A stretch of 64,000 bases of DNA. It comes from Candidatus Altimarinota bacterium (GTDB lineage: Bacteria; Patescibacteriota; Gracilibacteria; JBDHUY01). Below are positions 18,672 to 28,229 of the stretch, piece by piece (the first letter of the stretch is position 1; every line of letters begins with the position of its first letter). The notes below the pieces were generated by a model. It had not been told where the DNA came from. It made no database searches and saw nothing but the letters and a program-made list of their open reading frames with translations. The stretch covers positions 32,001-96,000 of the forward strand of contig JBDHUY010000006.1 in the NCBI GenBank assembly GCA_039809385.1. Reading direction: 5' to 3'. The position numbers and the translations under genes are program-made.

Positions 18672-19427
18672 ATGTCCGGACACAGCAAATGGGCCACCAC
18701 CAAACACCACAAAGCCATCGTCGACGCGAAACGCGGCAAATCGTTTAGCCGTCATTCCAAAAACATCATCGTCGCCGCGCGCTTGGGCGGCGGCGACCCG
18801 GCCATGAACAACGCGCTCGCCCTCGCTATCGAACGTGCTAAAGCCGACAACATGCCAAACGCCAATATCGACCGCGCCATCAAAAGCGGAACCGGCGAAC
18901 TGAAAGACGGGGCCGAAATCAGCGAAGTCATGTACGAAGGCTACGGTCCGGGCGGCGTAGCCGTGCTAATCCGAGTTTTGACCGACAACAAAAACCGGGC
19001 CGTCGCCAACGTCCGGCATACCCTGGAAAGCAGCGGCGGATCCCTCGGGACCAGCGGCACCGTCGCCTGGATGTTCAAACGCAAAGGCACTGTCACCATT
19101 CCCATAAACGGAAAAGATCGAGATTCGCTCACCCTCGAGTTGATCGATCTGGGTGCCGACGACGTCCAGGATCACGGAGATGCCTTACTCCTTATCACGG
19201 AAGCGACGAAACTTCCCCAACTGCAGGGGACGTTGAAAGAAAAGAAAATAGAATTTGCGAATCCTGCCGTGTCCTACATCGCCGACAATCTCGTTCCCGT
19301 AAACGACGAAGAAGTAGCCAGAAAGGTTCTTAAAATGATGGAAAAACTCGAAGAAGACGAAGACATCGACGAAGTATTCAGTAATTTCGATATGGAGGAG
19401 GGAGTGATGGAGAAAGTAATGGGGTAG
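18672..19427 (+). CDS. yebC: YebC/PmpR-family protein
   Basis: MSGHSKW, YEGYGPGGVA, TDNKNR, VFSN. Confidence 0.96.
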   Translation: MSGHSKWATTKHHKAIVDAKRGKSFSRHSKNIIVAARLGGGDPAMNNALALAIERAKADNMPNANIDRAIKSGTGELKDGAEISEVMYEGYGPGGVAVLIRVLTDNKNRAVANVRHTLESSGGSLGTSGTVAWMFKRKGTVTIPINGKDRDSLTLELIDLGADDVQDHGDALLLITEATKLPQLQGTLKEKKIEFANPAVSYIADNLVPVNDEEVARKVLKMMEKLEEDEDIDEVFSNFDMEEGVMEKVMG

Positions 19428-19457
19428 CGGTCAGCGGCTAGCGATGAGCGGTTAGCA
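19423..19457 (+). repeat. 5 x 7-nt array, left arm around the four-helix-bundle gene
   Basis: ggtagcg gtcagcg gctagcg atgagcg gttagca; contains the yebC TAG. Confidence 0.85.
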
Positions 19458-19498
19458 ATACAAGGAACAGGATACGTAATTTTTTATGAGAAGTTATC

Positions 19499-19864
19499 AT
19501 GATAAAACTTCCTTTCACAAACCTCTCTATCTGGCAGAAAGGGATGCAATTGGCACATGATATTTATCAAATCGCTAAGAAGTTTCCCAAGGAAGAACTA
19601 TTTGGTATTACTTCACAAATGAGAAGATCATCATTATCGATCCCCAGTAATATTGCAGAAGGAAGTCAACGATCAACCGATAAAGACTTTGCCCATTTTA
19701 TTTCAATGGCAAGGGGATCATTAGCAGAACTTCAGACGCAAAGCATATTCTCGTATGAAGAGAACTATATTTCTGAATCTGAACACTACAGCATTCAGGA
19801 CAAGATTATCGAACTAAGCAAAATGCTACGTTCATTTTACAAAAAGCTAACCGCCGACCGCTAA
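19499..19864 (+). CDS. Four helix bundle protein (23S rRNA intervening-sequence protein / Avd-like family)
   Basis: L.IWQK, FPKEELFGITSQMRRSS.SIPSNIAEG, F...ARGS..E..TQ. Confidence 0.93.
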   Translation: MIKLPFTNLSIWQKGMQLAHDIYQIAKKFPKEELFGITSQMRRSSLSIPSNIAEGSQRSTDKDFAHFISMARGSLAELQTQSIFSYEENYISESEHYSIQDKIIELSKMLRSFYKKLTADR

Positions 19865-19879
19865 CCGCTGGTCGCTTGT
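19845..19879 (+). repeat. 5 x 7-nt array, right arm (complement of 19423-19457)
   Basis: agctaac cgccgac cgctaac cgctggt cgcttgt; contains the gene's TAA. Confidence 0.85.
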
Positions 19880-19884
19880 ACCCT

Positions 19885-20580
19885 ATGGAAAGAAGGTTCT
19901 TCATTCTCAAAGCCATTGTCGAGAGTTTCATCGAATCGGCCGAACCGGTCGGTTCCAAATATTTGATGAAAAAATACGATATGGAAATCAGTCCGGCTAC
20001 CATACGGAATGACATGTCCGTGTTGGAGCACCTTGGACTAATCTACCAACCCTTTACCTCAGCTGGACGGATCCCCACCGATCTGGGGTTCCGTATGTTC
20101 GTCGACGAACTGATGGATGAGATCCCCCAGGTCCGGGAACTGAAACAGCAAGCCAGCGCGCAGATAAAAAGCCTGCGCCACGAAGAACGCGTCTACAATG
20201 CCGTGTCGCTTCTAGCCCGTACCTGCGACAATGTCAGCTTTGCCATGTTACCGGAGCAGCATCGCGCCTACTACCTCGGATTGGCTAATATCTTACGCAA
20301 ACCCGAATTCACTGAATCGGCCAAAGCCTATACTGTAGTCAAAATCCTCGAAGATGCCGACAATTTCATGGAGATCCTCAACAGTCTCTCTATCGACGAA
20401 AAAACCAAAGTATTTATCGGCCGGGAAAATGTCATTCCCGAAATAAAAAGCTGCAGTATCATCGCTACCCGCTACAGCATAAAAAACTATGGCTCGGGGA
20501 TCTTGGGCATCTTGGGCCCTATTCGTATGAACTACCCTTTCAATATTGGTGCGCTGGAGTATGTGAAGAAGGAGTTGTAA
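19885..20580 (+). CDS. hrcA: Heat-inducible repressor HrcA (short form)
   Basis: ILKAIVESFI.SAEPVGS, SPATIRNDM..LE..GLI.QPFTSAGRIPTD.GFR, GILGPIRMNY. Confidence 0.93.
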   Translation: MERRFFILKAIVESFIESAEPVGSKYLMKKYDMEISPATIRNDMSVLEHLGLIYQPFTSAGRIPTDLGFRMFVDELMDEIPQVRELKQQASAQIKSLRHEERVYNAVSLLARTCDNVSFAMLPEQHRAYYLGLANILRKPEFTESAKAYTVVKILEDADNFMEILNSLSIDEKTKVFIGRENVIPEIKSCSIIATRYSIKNYGSGILGILGPIRMNYPFNIGALEYVKKEL

Positions 20581-20592
20581 AAATAATATATT

Positions 20593-21336
20593 TCACCGCA
20601 AATCATGCTTTAGCGTATTCCACATAAAATGGAATATATTTTTAAAAGAGGTATAAGCCGCCTTGCTTTCTATAATCATGCCCACATACTCTTCTCCGAA
20701 TGAACAAATGGATACTTTGTTCGGATAGATTTGTATTTCCAGTTCAAGCTCAAACCATGGTTCATTTACCAACAATGTTTCCCGTAGATCATAGGAGTCG
20801 CGACTTTTATATACTTGCGCCTCTGGGCTTTTAGGCGCAATCACATACGCTTTTATATTTTTCTGCTTTCGTCGTGCGATATGATCCATCAAAAAATCGT
20901 ATAATCGATCATCAGGTTTATGGATCTTTACATAAGCAAAAAGGTCATAGTTTTCGACAAGTAAGGTCTCGTTATACACTTCTTTAATACCTTCTATCCC
21001 CTCAAAGAAGTATATTTTGGGATGAAAAGGTCTTTTATTATAGATACCCATCAAGTATGGTACGTAATCGCTAAGACGTCTAAGACTTTTTTTAAAATCG
21101 ATTAATAACAAATTGGGATCAAGAGGATGGTAGAGCTTTTGATTCTCGTAAAAGACTTCAGAAATCCATCCATGTTCCTTCATAAGCTCGATGATATCTA
21201 GAAGCTTAGCGGTCGATATCCTAACTTTCTTGGAAAGAACAGGCAAGGAAATCGCTCCCATCTCTAATAAAGAAATATAAATTCGTGCCTGATCTTTGGT
21301 CATTCCAACCGATTCAAGAATGGTAGAAGTATCCAT
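20593..21336 (-). CDS. TrmB-family transcriptional regulator
   Basis: LESVGMT..QARIY.SLLE.G, FFEGIEGIKEVY, IYPNKVSI...GMIIES...F.FMW. Confidence 0.85.
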   Translation of the reverse strand: MDTSTILESVGMTKDQARIYISLLEMGAISLPVLSKKVRISTAKLLDIIELMKEHGWISEVFYENQKLYHPLDPNLLLIDFKKSLRRLSDYVPYLMGIYNKRPFHPKIYFFEGIEGIKEVYNETLLVENYDLFAYVKIHKPDDRLYDFLMDHIARRKQKNIKAYVIAPKSPEAQVYKSRDSYDLRETLLVNEPWFELELEIQIYPNKVSICSFGEEYVGMIIESKAAYTSFKNIFHFMWNTLKHDLR

Positions 21337-21451
21337 AGAGATAAAGAAGAATAGGTCTAAATCTATAAATTTATATTTTTTTCATACTTTTACATGTAAG
21401 CTATAGTCAGCCTTCTCAGAATCTATATAAAAAGCCTTACTCTTACTATTT

Positions 21452-23101
21452 ATGAAGCCAAGAATTGAAATTAATAGCCAACGGATCAGGCAAGATTTTT
21501 CTGAAAAGTATTCGGATTTTTTTACTTACCAGGATACGGTCATTCGCACTCCTTTAACTATACCGATTTTATCAGTAAAACATAAGGGAATTATAGATAT
21601 TTCCTCGATCAGGTTGAAACTTCCGGTAGATATGTGGGTGGGTACCAGAATAGCTATTTCTCAGAAAACGGAAGTGGAAATAGAATATTTTAATCCTCTC
21701 AAAAACAGCTTTGATGTCTATAAAAATACAGACATTCGCGAAAAGATTTTATATGGATTACTCAAACTGCGCCAGTATTTTGATTTTAACGATCAAACAG
21801 GAATTTCTATAAAAGTACTGATGGAAAATGAGGTGGAATTAGATCATATTTTGCCAAGTATATGCCTCCTTATATGTCTTCTATTGGCTATTAACTTGGA
21901 AAAAGTTACTGTGCCTCCTCATCGAAGTATTTCTTTGACATCAGAGGAAAAGAAGCTTTTATTGAACCTATTACGTCAATTTGATAATAACGAACGATTC
22001 CTGCAAGAAGCATGGGGGTCCTTCTCTCCATCATTAGGCCTTGTATATGAAAGATCAGCACCACTAGCAGATACTATCGATCATATGATAGGTATGGAAA
22101 AGAGCTTTTCTCCTGCAACAAACGATCTTCCCTTTGATATTTACTACTTTTCCTACGGTGAGACTCAAAATAATACTAAAGATTCATCTTCTACAAGGAA
22201 AAAACTTACCACGTATATTGAACTGGGAAGAAAACATCTGGGAAGTTATAATTTACCCAAAAATACCACCGTGCGCTATACGGACTTAATAGAAGATATC
22301 GCCATTGCAGTATGGTTTCAAATAGGTATAAACTTGGAGAATCCATTGGACATCAAAGAAACTTTGTCTTTGATCCAAGACCTTAAGCTTTTCAACTTGC
22401 TACAGGAAGTCGAAGAAGGCATCAGTATTTCTACTTCGATCACGGAAACCATATCGCATTATCTCGGCAGCGATTTTTGTCTAGCTTCTTATCCTCAATC
22501 TAGATTTTGTATATTAATTACACCTCAAGGCTCGAAATATCGAGATCTTGTAGCAAAAGCTTTTGAAGATTTATATGAAAAAGATACTCTTTTCCATATA
22601 AACTATCTTTCGTTTCAGGATGGAATAGGAGATGGGGGAATAACATTGGAAAAAAATATATTTCAGGATTTATACTCGAAACATGAAGAGAATAAAAGTT
22701 TACTCATCAAGGATAGTTATGACCGTATTACGTATGCTCAAAGTCTGGATGAAGTTCTTAATAGAAATTATGATATCTTACTCAATCTCATCGAAAATAA
22801 AATATATATCCAGAGCAAAGGAATTACCTCCAAAGAGCTTCACAGTCAGCGGATGACGATTGATATCATAAAAACTCTCCTCTCACAAAAAGGACAGGAA
22901 ATAAGTAACCAAGATCTACCTGCTTCAGCTTATGCCGAAAGCAAAAACGAAATGACGGGAAAGATTATTATTCCTCTTAAAAAGATAGTGAAAGAAAAAA
23001 CTGGAAAAGATTTATTGCTATCATGTCATGGCTCTAACACACACTTCTTTCTGAAACTAGCCATAACAAATATAAGCATAGCACAAATGAGTAGAAGGTA
23101 A
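21452..23101 (+). CDS. Uncharacterised protein; possibly degenerate GHMP-like N-terminus and C-terminal winged-helix-like domain
   Basis: 549-aa ORF; C-terminus NKIYI....ITSKELHSQ..TI.I...LL...G..ISN..LP.SAY...KNEM.GKII.PL resembles a DNA-binding module. Fold calls are inference. Confidence 0.5.
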   Translation: MKPRIEINSQRIRQDFSEKYSDFFTYQDTVIRTPLTIPILSVKHKGIIDISSIRLKLPVDMWVGTRIAISQKTEVEIEYFNPLKNSFDVYKNTDIREKILYGLLKLRQYFDFNDQTGISIKVLMENEVELDHILPSICLLICLLLAINLEKVTVPPHRSISLTSEEKKLLLNLLRQFDNNERFLQEAWGSFSPSLGLVYERSAPLADTIDHMIGMEKSFSPATNDLPFDIYYFSYGETQNNTKDSSSTRKKLTTYIELGRKHLGSYNLPKNTTVRYTDLIEDIAIAVWFQIGINLENPLDIKETLSLIQDLKLFNLLQEVEEGISISTSITETISHYLGSDFCLASYPQSRFCILITPQGSKYRDLVAKAFEDLYEKDTLFHINYLSFQDGIGDGGITLEKNIFQDLYSKHEENKSLLIKDSYDRITYAQSLDEVLNRNYDILLNLIENKIYIQSKGITSKELHSQRMTIDIIKTLLSQKGQEISNQDLPASAYAESKNEMTGKIIIPLKKIVKEKTGKDLLLSCHGSNTHFFLKLAITNISIAQMSRR

Positions 23102-23213
23102 AAAATAGAAGGTCTTTATACTTAAAATACCTGCGAATTTATAAATTTCTTATAAAAAAATCTTTGCAAGACTATTCTTTTGTTCTATCCTAACAACTGA
23201 ACTTACGTGCTGT

Positions 23214-24095
23214 ATGGAGAAATTACAAACGATCAGTACATCTTTTGAAAAACTGAAAAGCCTTATTTCTCGAAAAGATAAGGAGTTTTTTGAAAAGGCA
23301 CATTTATTTGCCGCAAAAGCCCACGAAGGCCAAAAGAGAATTACCGGAGAACCGTATATAATCCATCCGCTGGAAGTAGCTTTTTTGGTACATAAGAAAT
23401 TTGGTGATATAGAGATGACTGCCGCGGCTTTATTACACGATGTAGTTGAAGACTGCAATGTTGAGGTAGAAAAGATATACACCAATTTTGGCAATACTGT
23501 AGGATTTCTGGTAGACGGACTTACAAAGACGAGAAAAAACTTTTACCAGAAAAAAAAACCTGTTTTTGAAGACAAGATTGAAAGATTGCTGTGGGCAGGT
23601 ATACAGGATGTACGGGTCTTATTGGTCAAAATAGCCGATCGAACAAATAACATTGAAACGCTTGAAAAACTCAAGGACTCAAAGCAAGTTCGGATGGCAT
23701 TTGAAACGCAAGCCATTTATCAGCCGATGATTAAGATTTTGCACTGGCAGCTTAATATCTCGTTACAAGACACGACGAATACTTTCCACAAGTATCTCTC
23801 CGCAAAACATATTTCAGACGAGAAGCAATTTAAAGAATTGTTATATAAACAAACTTTCCAGAATTTTACGGGAAATATGTATGATTATGTGTACAATAAT
23901 TCAAGCAAGATTATATGGGAAATCAACGATTTTAAATGGTACCATCAACTATGCCAAGATAAAGAATTTGCAAGAAAGATCCAACCAATCTCTCTGTGGG
24001 CTACGAATACAAATTTCAAGGCCATATTCTACTTTAAACAAGGATTTATCATTGATAATATTGAATCGTCGATCAAACTCGTAAATTCACTCTGA
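23214..24095 (+). CDS. RSH-type HD protein (small alarmone hydrolase-like) with C-terminal extension
   Basis: AHEGQKR.TGEPYIIHP, AALLHDVVED, VDGLTK, VKIADRTNN; no synthetase domain. Confidence 0.85.
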   Translation: MEKLQTISTSFEKLKSLISRKDKEFFEKAHLFAAKAHEGQKRITGEPYIIHPLEVAFLVHKKFGDIEMTAAALLHDVVEDCNVEVEKIYTNFGNTVGFLVDGLTKTRKNFYQKKKPVFEDKIERLLWAGIQDVRVLLVKIADRTNNIETLEKLKDSKQVRMAFETQAIYQPMIKILHWQLNISLQDTTNTFHKYLSAKHISDEKQFKELLYKQTFQNFTGNMYDYVYNNSSKIIWEINDFKWYHQLCQDKEFARKIQPISLWATNTNFKAIFYFKQGFIIDNIESSIKLVNSL

Positions 24096-24102
24096 CTTTT
24101 AT

Positions 24103-25065
24103 ATGGGATTCCTCAAGACTCTAATATCGGATGCAAAACTGGAAATAGACCTCCTAGAGAACTTAAAAAGCAGAACGATAGAACAAAAACACTTATACAC
24201 TGGTAACGGAGCTAAGAGATTTTATGTAGTAGGATATAAGCCACGCAACTTTTTCAAAGCTCATTCAGATCCTCAAGATGAGTTCGTTTTTTTAGAACAA
24301 TCGTACCTTAGGTCTAACCAAAATTTTACGCTCATATCTTTAGGATGCGGCAATGGTCAAAGAGAAAGAAACATTTTAAAGGGCCTTTACGACAATAAGT
24401 ACCATTACACATATCTGGGAGTAGACGCCTCTCGCGACATGTTAAATCTCGCTGAGAAGCACTTACGAGATATTCCGGTCGAAAAGTTTTTTATCTGTTC
24501 TGACTTTACGGCACAGGATTTTATTCCTGAATTCAAAAATGTTATCAGTAAATATGATAGTAAGATATTTGCTTTATTGGGCTATACATTAGGGAATTTC
24601 AGAGCATCTTACATCATCAGTACACTCTACAATATCATTCAATCTCCCAATGATGCTCTATGGTTCGATATTATCTTACGGGAAGGAGTAGGGCATGAAA
24701 ATGATCTTATGAGCTTCGATCATTATAAAAGCAGATTATCCGACAATGATTGGAATAGATTTGTATTCTCACCCTTGGAAGCTCTCGGAGTAAAGTTCGA
24801 AAGTGGCGAAATGGCATGCGATATGATCTATGAAGAGGAAGCCGGAGTCATCAATTTCAGGTTCTCGTTTGTGTTCAAAACTAATACAGATATCGAAATA
24901 CGTGAACAGGTAATCAAGATTTTGGGCGGTGAAAAAGTAGAACTCTTAAACATACGTCTATATGATAAAAACACCCTTATAAATTTTTTTAAGAGTCACG
25001 GATTCGTTTGCAGTAATTTTCTAAGGAAAGGAAATTTAGGATATTTTATGCTGAAGAAAGCATAG
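24103..25065 (+). CDS. EgtD-like (Methyltransf_33) SAM-dependent methyltransferase
   Basis: L..R.IEQKHLY, LISLGCGNG, Y.GVDASRDML, DF, LGYTLGNF, GEKVEL. Confidence 0.75.
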   Translation: MGFLKTLISDAKLEIDLLENLKSRTIEQKHLYTGNGAKRFYVVGYKPRNFFKAHSDPQDEFVFLEQSYLRSNQNFTLISLGCGNGQRERNILKGLYDNKYHYTYLGVDASRDMLNLAEKHLRDIPVEKFFICSDFTAQDFIPEFKNVISKYDSKIFALLGYTLGNFRASYIISTLYNIIQSPNDALWFDIILREGVGHENDLMSFDHYKSRLSDNDWNRFVFSPLEALGVKFESGEMACDMIYEEEAGVINFRFSFVFKTNTDIEIREQVIKILGGEKVELLNIRLYDKNTLINFFKSHGFVCSNFLRKGNLGYFMLKKA

Positions 25066-25113
25066 AAATCAGAACATATATACCGTAACAAGCTTATATA
25101 CCCAAAGCCGATC

Positions 25114-27228
25114 CTATTTCTCCACCTCCACCTTCTTTACGCTTTTATTCTCACTGAACTTCTTTTTCAAATCTTCGAAACGGGCAAAGATTTTTTCGGA
25201 GACTTGGCAGACGATGAAACACTCTCCGCCCTCCGGACTTTTTTCTAACGTCATGTCCTCGAGTTCCACATCGATCGTATCGAGGCAGGCAAGCAATTCG
25301 CGCAGAATTTTGTTGGAATCAGACAAAATAACCTGTAAACGCAATGTGACCGCCGGTTTTTTCCAGGCCGCAGGTAAAATGCGACTCTGATCGAGCCCCT
25401 GTAAAATGCGACAATCGGGCCGATGGATCGACATACTCTTCCCCCTGGTTACATAGCCGACAATTGCTTGAGGTTCTCTCGGAGCACAACACGCCGCCAG
25501 ATGAAAATGCGCCCACGGTTCGCCAGCCACCAGTAAAGTTTTCCGGACGGTCATAAATCCTTTGGAGGCAGCAGCACTCGGGCGCACTTTTTTTCCTACG
25601 CCAAACAGCTTTTTGACCACCGAAGAAACTGTAATCGAACCGTTTCCGATCCGTTCCAGCAAATCGGTACGATCCGTCAAAGACAGATCCCGGTCGTCAT
25701 AGTGACGCAGGAGACTGAAATCGGCGTCGAGCACGGGACGTCCGAGAGCAATCAACTGTTCGTTCAACATCTGTTTCCCCTGGTATATCATCTCGTCCTG
25801 ATTCTGTAGAAAGAACCACGCTTTTATCTTGGATCGGGCCACATGAGTTTTGACGAAACTCAACCAATATTCGTTCGGTCCCAACGTATTCTTCGTCAGA
25901 ATTTCGACAATATCACCGTTTTGGAGCTGATAATCCAGCGGGACGATACCGTTATCGACCCGGGCTCCCTTGACCCGGTGTCCCAAATCGGTGTGAATGA
26001 CATATGCAAAATCAACTGGGGTACTACCTTTCGGCAACTCTTTTATATCTCCTTTAGGGGTAAGTACATAGATATACTCGTTCACCGATGAAGAGGAAGA
26101 AACTTGATGAAATTCATAAACACTTTCGCGTTGGGCCAGAGAAAATGCCGGAGAAAGGGCAGACAATTCGGATCCGTGTTCTTTATACAAGTGATGCGCG
26201 GCCACACCGTATTCGGCTTCCTGATGCATCACATGCGTCCGGATCTGAATTTCGGTCGGTTCGTGACGCAACTGGTGACCAATCCCGATCACGGTAGTAT
26301 GCAGGCTTTGATAATTATTCGGTTTTGGAACGGCGATATAATCTTTGAAACGTCCCGACAACGGAACGAACCGATTATGAATTACCCCAAGAGCGGCGTA
26401 ACAGTCGGACTTGTCGGGAACCAAAACGCGTAGCGCAAAGATATCGTACAATTCGTCAATCGAAGCACGGGCTTTCTGCTCCATTTTTTTAAAAATACTG
26501 TACGAGGATTTGATACGTCCGGAAACTTCGGCGCTGATCCCGCCATTAAGCAGAACCGTTTTAACCTGCGTGATGGCCGAATTTAGAAAAGTATCGCGCT
26601 CCAGACTTTTCACATCGAGCTGTTGCGTAATATCGGCATACTCATCCGGGTAAGCGATTTGGAAGCTGAATCGTTCCAGCTTATCTTTCATCGAATAGAT
26701 ACCCAAACGGGCAGCGATCGGCGCATACACATTCAGCGTCTCCAGGGCAATGCGGCGCCGCTCTTCCGGAACGGGATAATATTCGATCGTTTCCAGATTA
26801 TGAAGACGCTCGCTAAATTTGATCAGCGCAAGGCGGTGATCCTGAGCAATGGCCATAAACAACTTTCGCATGTTTTCAATATTTTCTTCTTTTCCCTGAT
26901 ATCGAATCTTCCGAATCGAGGTAAAACTGACAAGTAATCCGACAACCTCGGCATCAAATTCTTTCTGAACCTGATCGAGCGTCACAGAAGTATCTTCCAG
27001 CACATCGTGCAACAATGTAGCTTGAATCGTAGCGATATCGGGTTTCAAATCCATCAAGTGCAGAGCGGCATGGAGCGGGTGGGTTATATAATCGTCGCCG
27101 GAGTAACGTTTTTGGCCGAGGTGCGCCCGCCAGGCAAATTCAAAGGCATGACGAATCTTTTCTTCCGTTTCGGGTGTGGGCAGGTAAGAAGCCAGATCGA
27201 TAATACGCTGAAGCAGAGTAAGTGGCAT
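25114..27228 (-). CDS. rel: Long RelA/SpoT homolog (HD-SYNTH-TGS-ZFD-ACT)
   Basis: HLGQKR.SG..YI.HP, LLHDVLED, GRIKS.YSI, RFKDYIA.PKPN.YQSLHT, EIQIRT, TPKG...LP..STPVDFAY, CC.P, HRPDC. Confidence 0.95.
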   Translation of the reverse strand: MPLTLLQRIIDLASYLPTPETEEKIRHAFEFAWRAHLGQKRYSGDDYITHPLHAALHLMDLKPDIATIQATLLHDVLEDTSVTLDQVQKEFDAEVVGLLVSFTSIRKIRYQGKEENIENMRKLFMAIAQDHRLALIKFSERLHNLETIEYYPVPEERRRIALETLNVYAPIAARLGIYSMKDKLERFSFQIAYPDEYADITQQLDVKSLERDTFLNSAITQVKTVLLNGGISAEVSGRIKSSYSIFKKMEQKARASIDELYDIFALRVLVPDKSDCYAALGVIHNRFVPLSGRFKDYIAVPKPNNYQSLHTTVIGIGHQLRHEPTEIQIRTHVMHQEAEYGVAAHHLYKEHGSELSALSPAFSLAQRESVYEFHQVSSSSSVNEYIYVLTPKGDIKELPKGSTPVDFAYVIHTDLGHRVKGARVDNGIVPLDYQLQNGDIVEILTKNTLGPNEYWLSFVKTHVARSKIKAWFFLQNQDEMIYQGKQMLNEQLIALGRPVLDADFSLLRHYDDRDLSLTDRTDLLERIGNGSITVSSVVKKLFGVGKKVRPSAAASKGFMTVRKTLLVAGEPWAHFHLAACCAPREPQAIVGYVTRGKSMSIHRPDCRILQGLDQSRILPAAWKKPAVTLRLQVILSDSNKILRELLACLDTIDVELEDMTLEKSPEGGECFIVCQVSEKIFARFEDLKKKFSENKSVKKVEVEK

Positions 27229-27313
27229 AGGGACAGAACAAAAATTCCGGTGCAGACATATTCATTTTACTATACCATATATGAGCGAAACATAAAACTT
27301 TCCGACTTCCTGA

Positions 27314-28087
27314 TCAGCGCCGTTGTTCATATTCCTGGCGGGACAGGATCAATTTTATTTGAGGATCGGGAAGATCGACTACTTGCACACCTTTGATCAG
27401 CGCTTCGCGGTTGGCCCGCACAAAATCGAGCCTGGAAGTGAAGAGCTGTTGTGCCAAAGTATATTTGGCACGCAGCGTTTCCAAAACTCGTACTTGGCTG
27501 GAAAGCTCTCCTGTTTGTTGTTTGGCAGTTAGAAAACGGTTGAAAGCTTCTTCCGCGTCCAGAGGTTTTTTCTGGTCGATGGTCGTAAAAACCCGAGTTT
27601 CCAGCTCGTTCTGCCGGGTCTGAGCCTGGTCTAACACAGAAGAGAGAGAGGCAATCTGTTTTTCGAGAATATCGCCGCGGTCGCGGGCGGTAGTTTGTTG
27701 ATGTACCAACTCCTCCTGATACACAGTCAGCGTATCCGCGCGGGAAGCAGAAGAATTCAATACATCCGGTACGTTAAGTTCCAGTAAAGAAGCCATTTGG
27801 GAAATACGTTCCACATCATCGAACAGGAAGCGGGTCGTGGCAACGTTGACCTCTTCTCCGGTCAAGAATCCGGCCGAAATACCCCGGTAAAATCCTCGTA
27901 CCTCCTGAAGATTGCTCTGAAGCCGATCTTCTCCGTTACCGATACTCATCGTTCCGCGAATACCAGTCCGATAACCGGAGGTATCGGCAACAGTGACGGC
28001 ATTTCCTTCGAATGCGCGAGAAAGTCCAAATGACAGGAATTGGAGCAGAATAAAGAGCAAAGCGGCACCGAAAAAGTATTTTTTCAT
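27314..28087 (-). CDS. Exported coiled-coil hypothetical protein
   Basis: N-terminal signal/TM and helical body; TTGACA promoter candidate near 28142-28147 on the minus strand. Confidence 0.7.
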   Translation of the reverse strand: MKKYFFGAALLFILLQFLSFGLSRAFEGNAVTVADTSGYRTGIRGTMSIGNGEDRLQSNLQEVRGFYRGISAGFLTGEEVNVATTRFLFDDVERISQMASLLELNVPDVLNSSASRADTLTVYQEELVHQQTTARDRGDILEKQIASLSSVLDQAQTRQNELETRVFTTIDQKKPLDAEEAFNRFLTAKQQTGELSSQVRVLETLRAKYTLAQQLFTSRLDFVRANREALIKGVQVVDLPDPQIKLILSRQEYEQRR

Positions 28088-28229
28088 AGATTCGACGGTA
28101 AGAATCTAAAAAGGAAAGAATAATACAATAAATATACAAAATGTCAATGTATTTTACAGAGCCGTAGCAAAGAGGGATAGAAGAGACAAAGATTGTTGCT
28201 ATAATAGGCCTGTTTTTTTGTAATTACTT

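Noticed and set aside
18490-19885. CIRCE operator for hrcA
   Set aside because: No TTAGCACTC-N9-GAGTGCTAA found; gttagca here belongs to the heptamer array.
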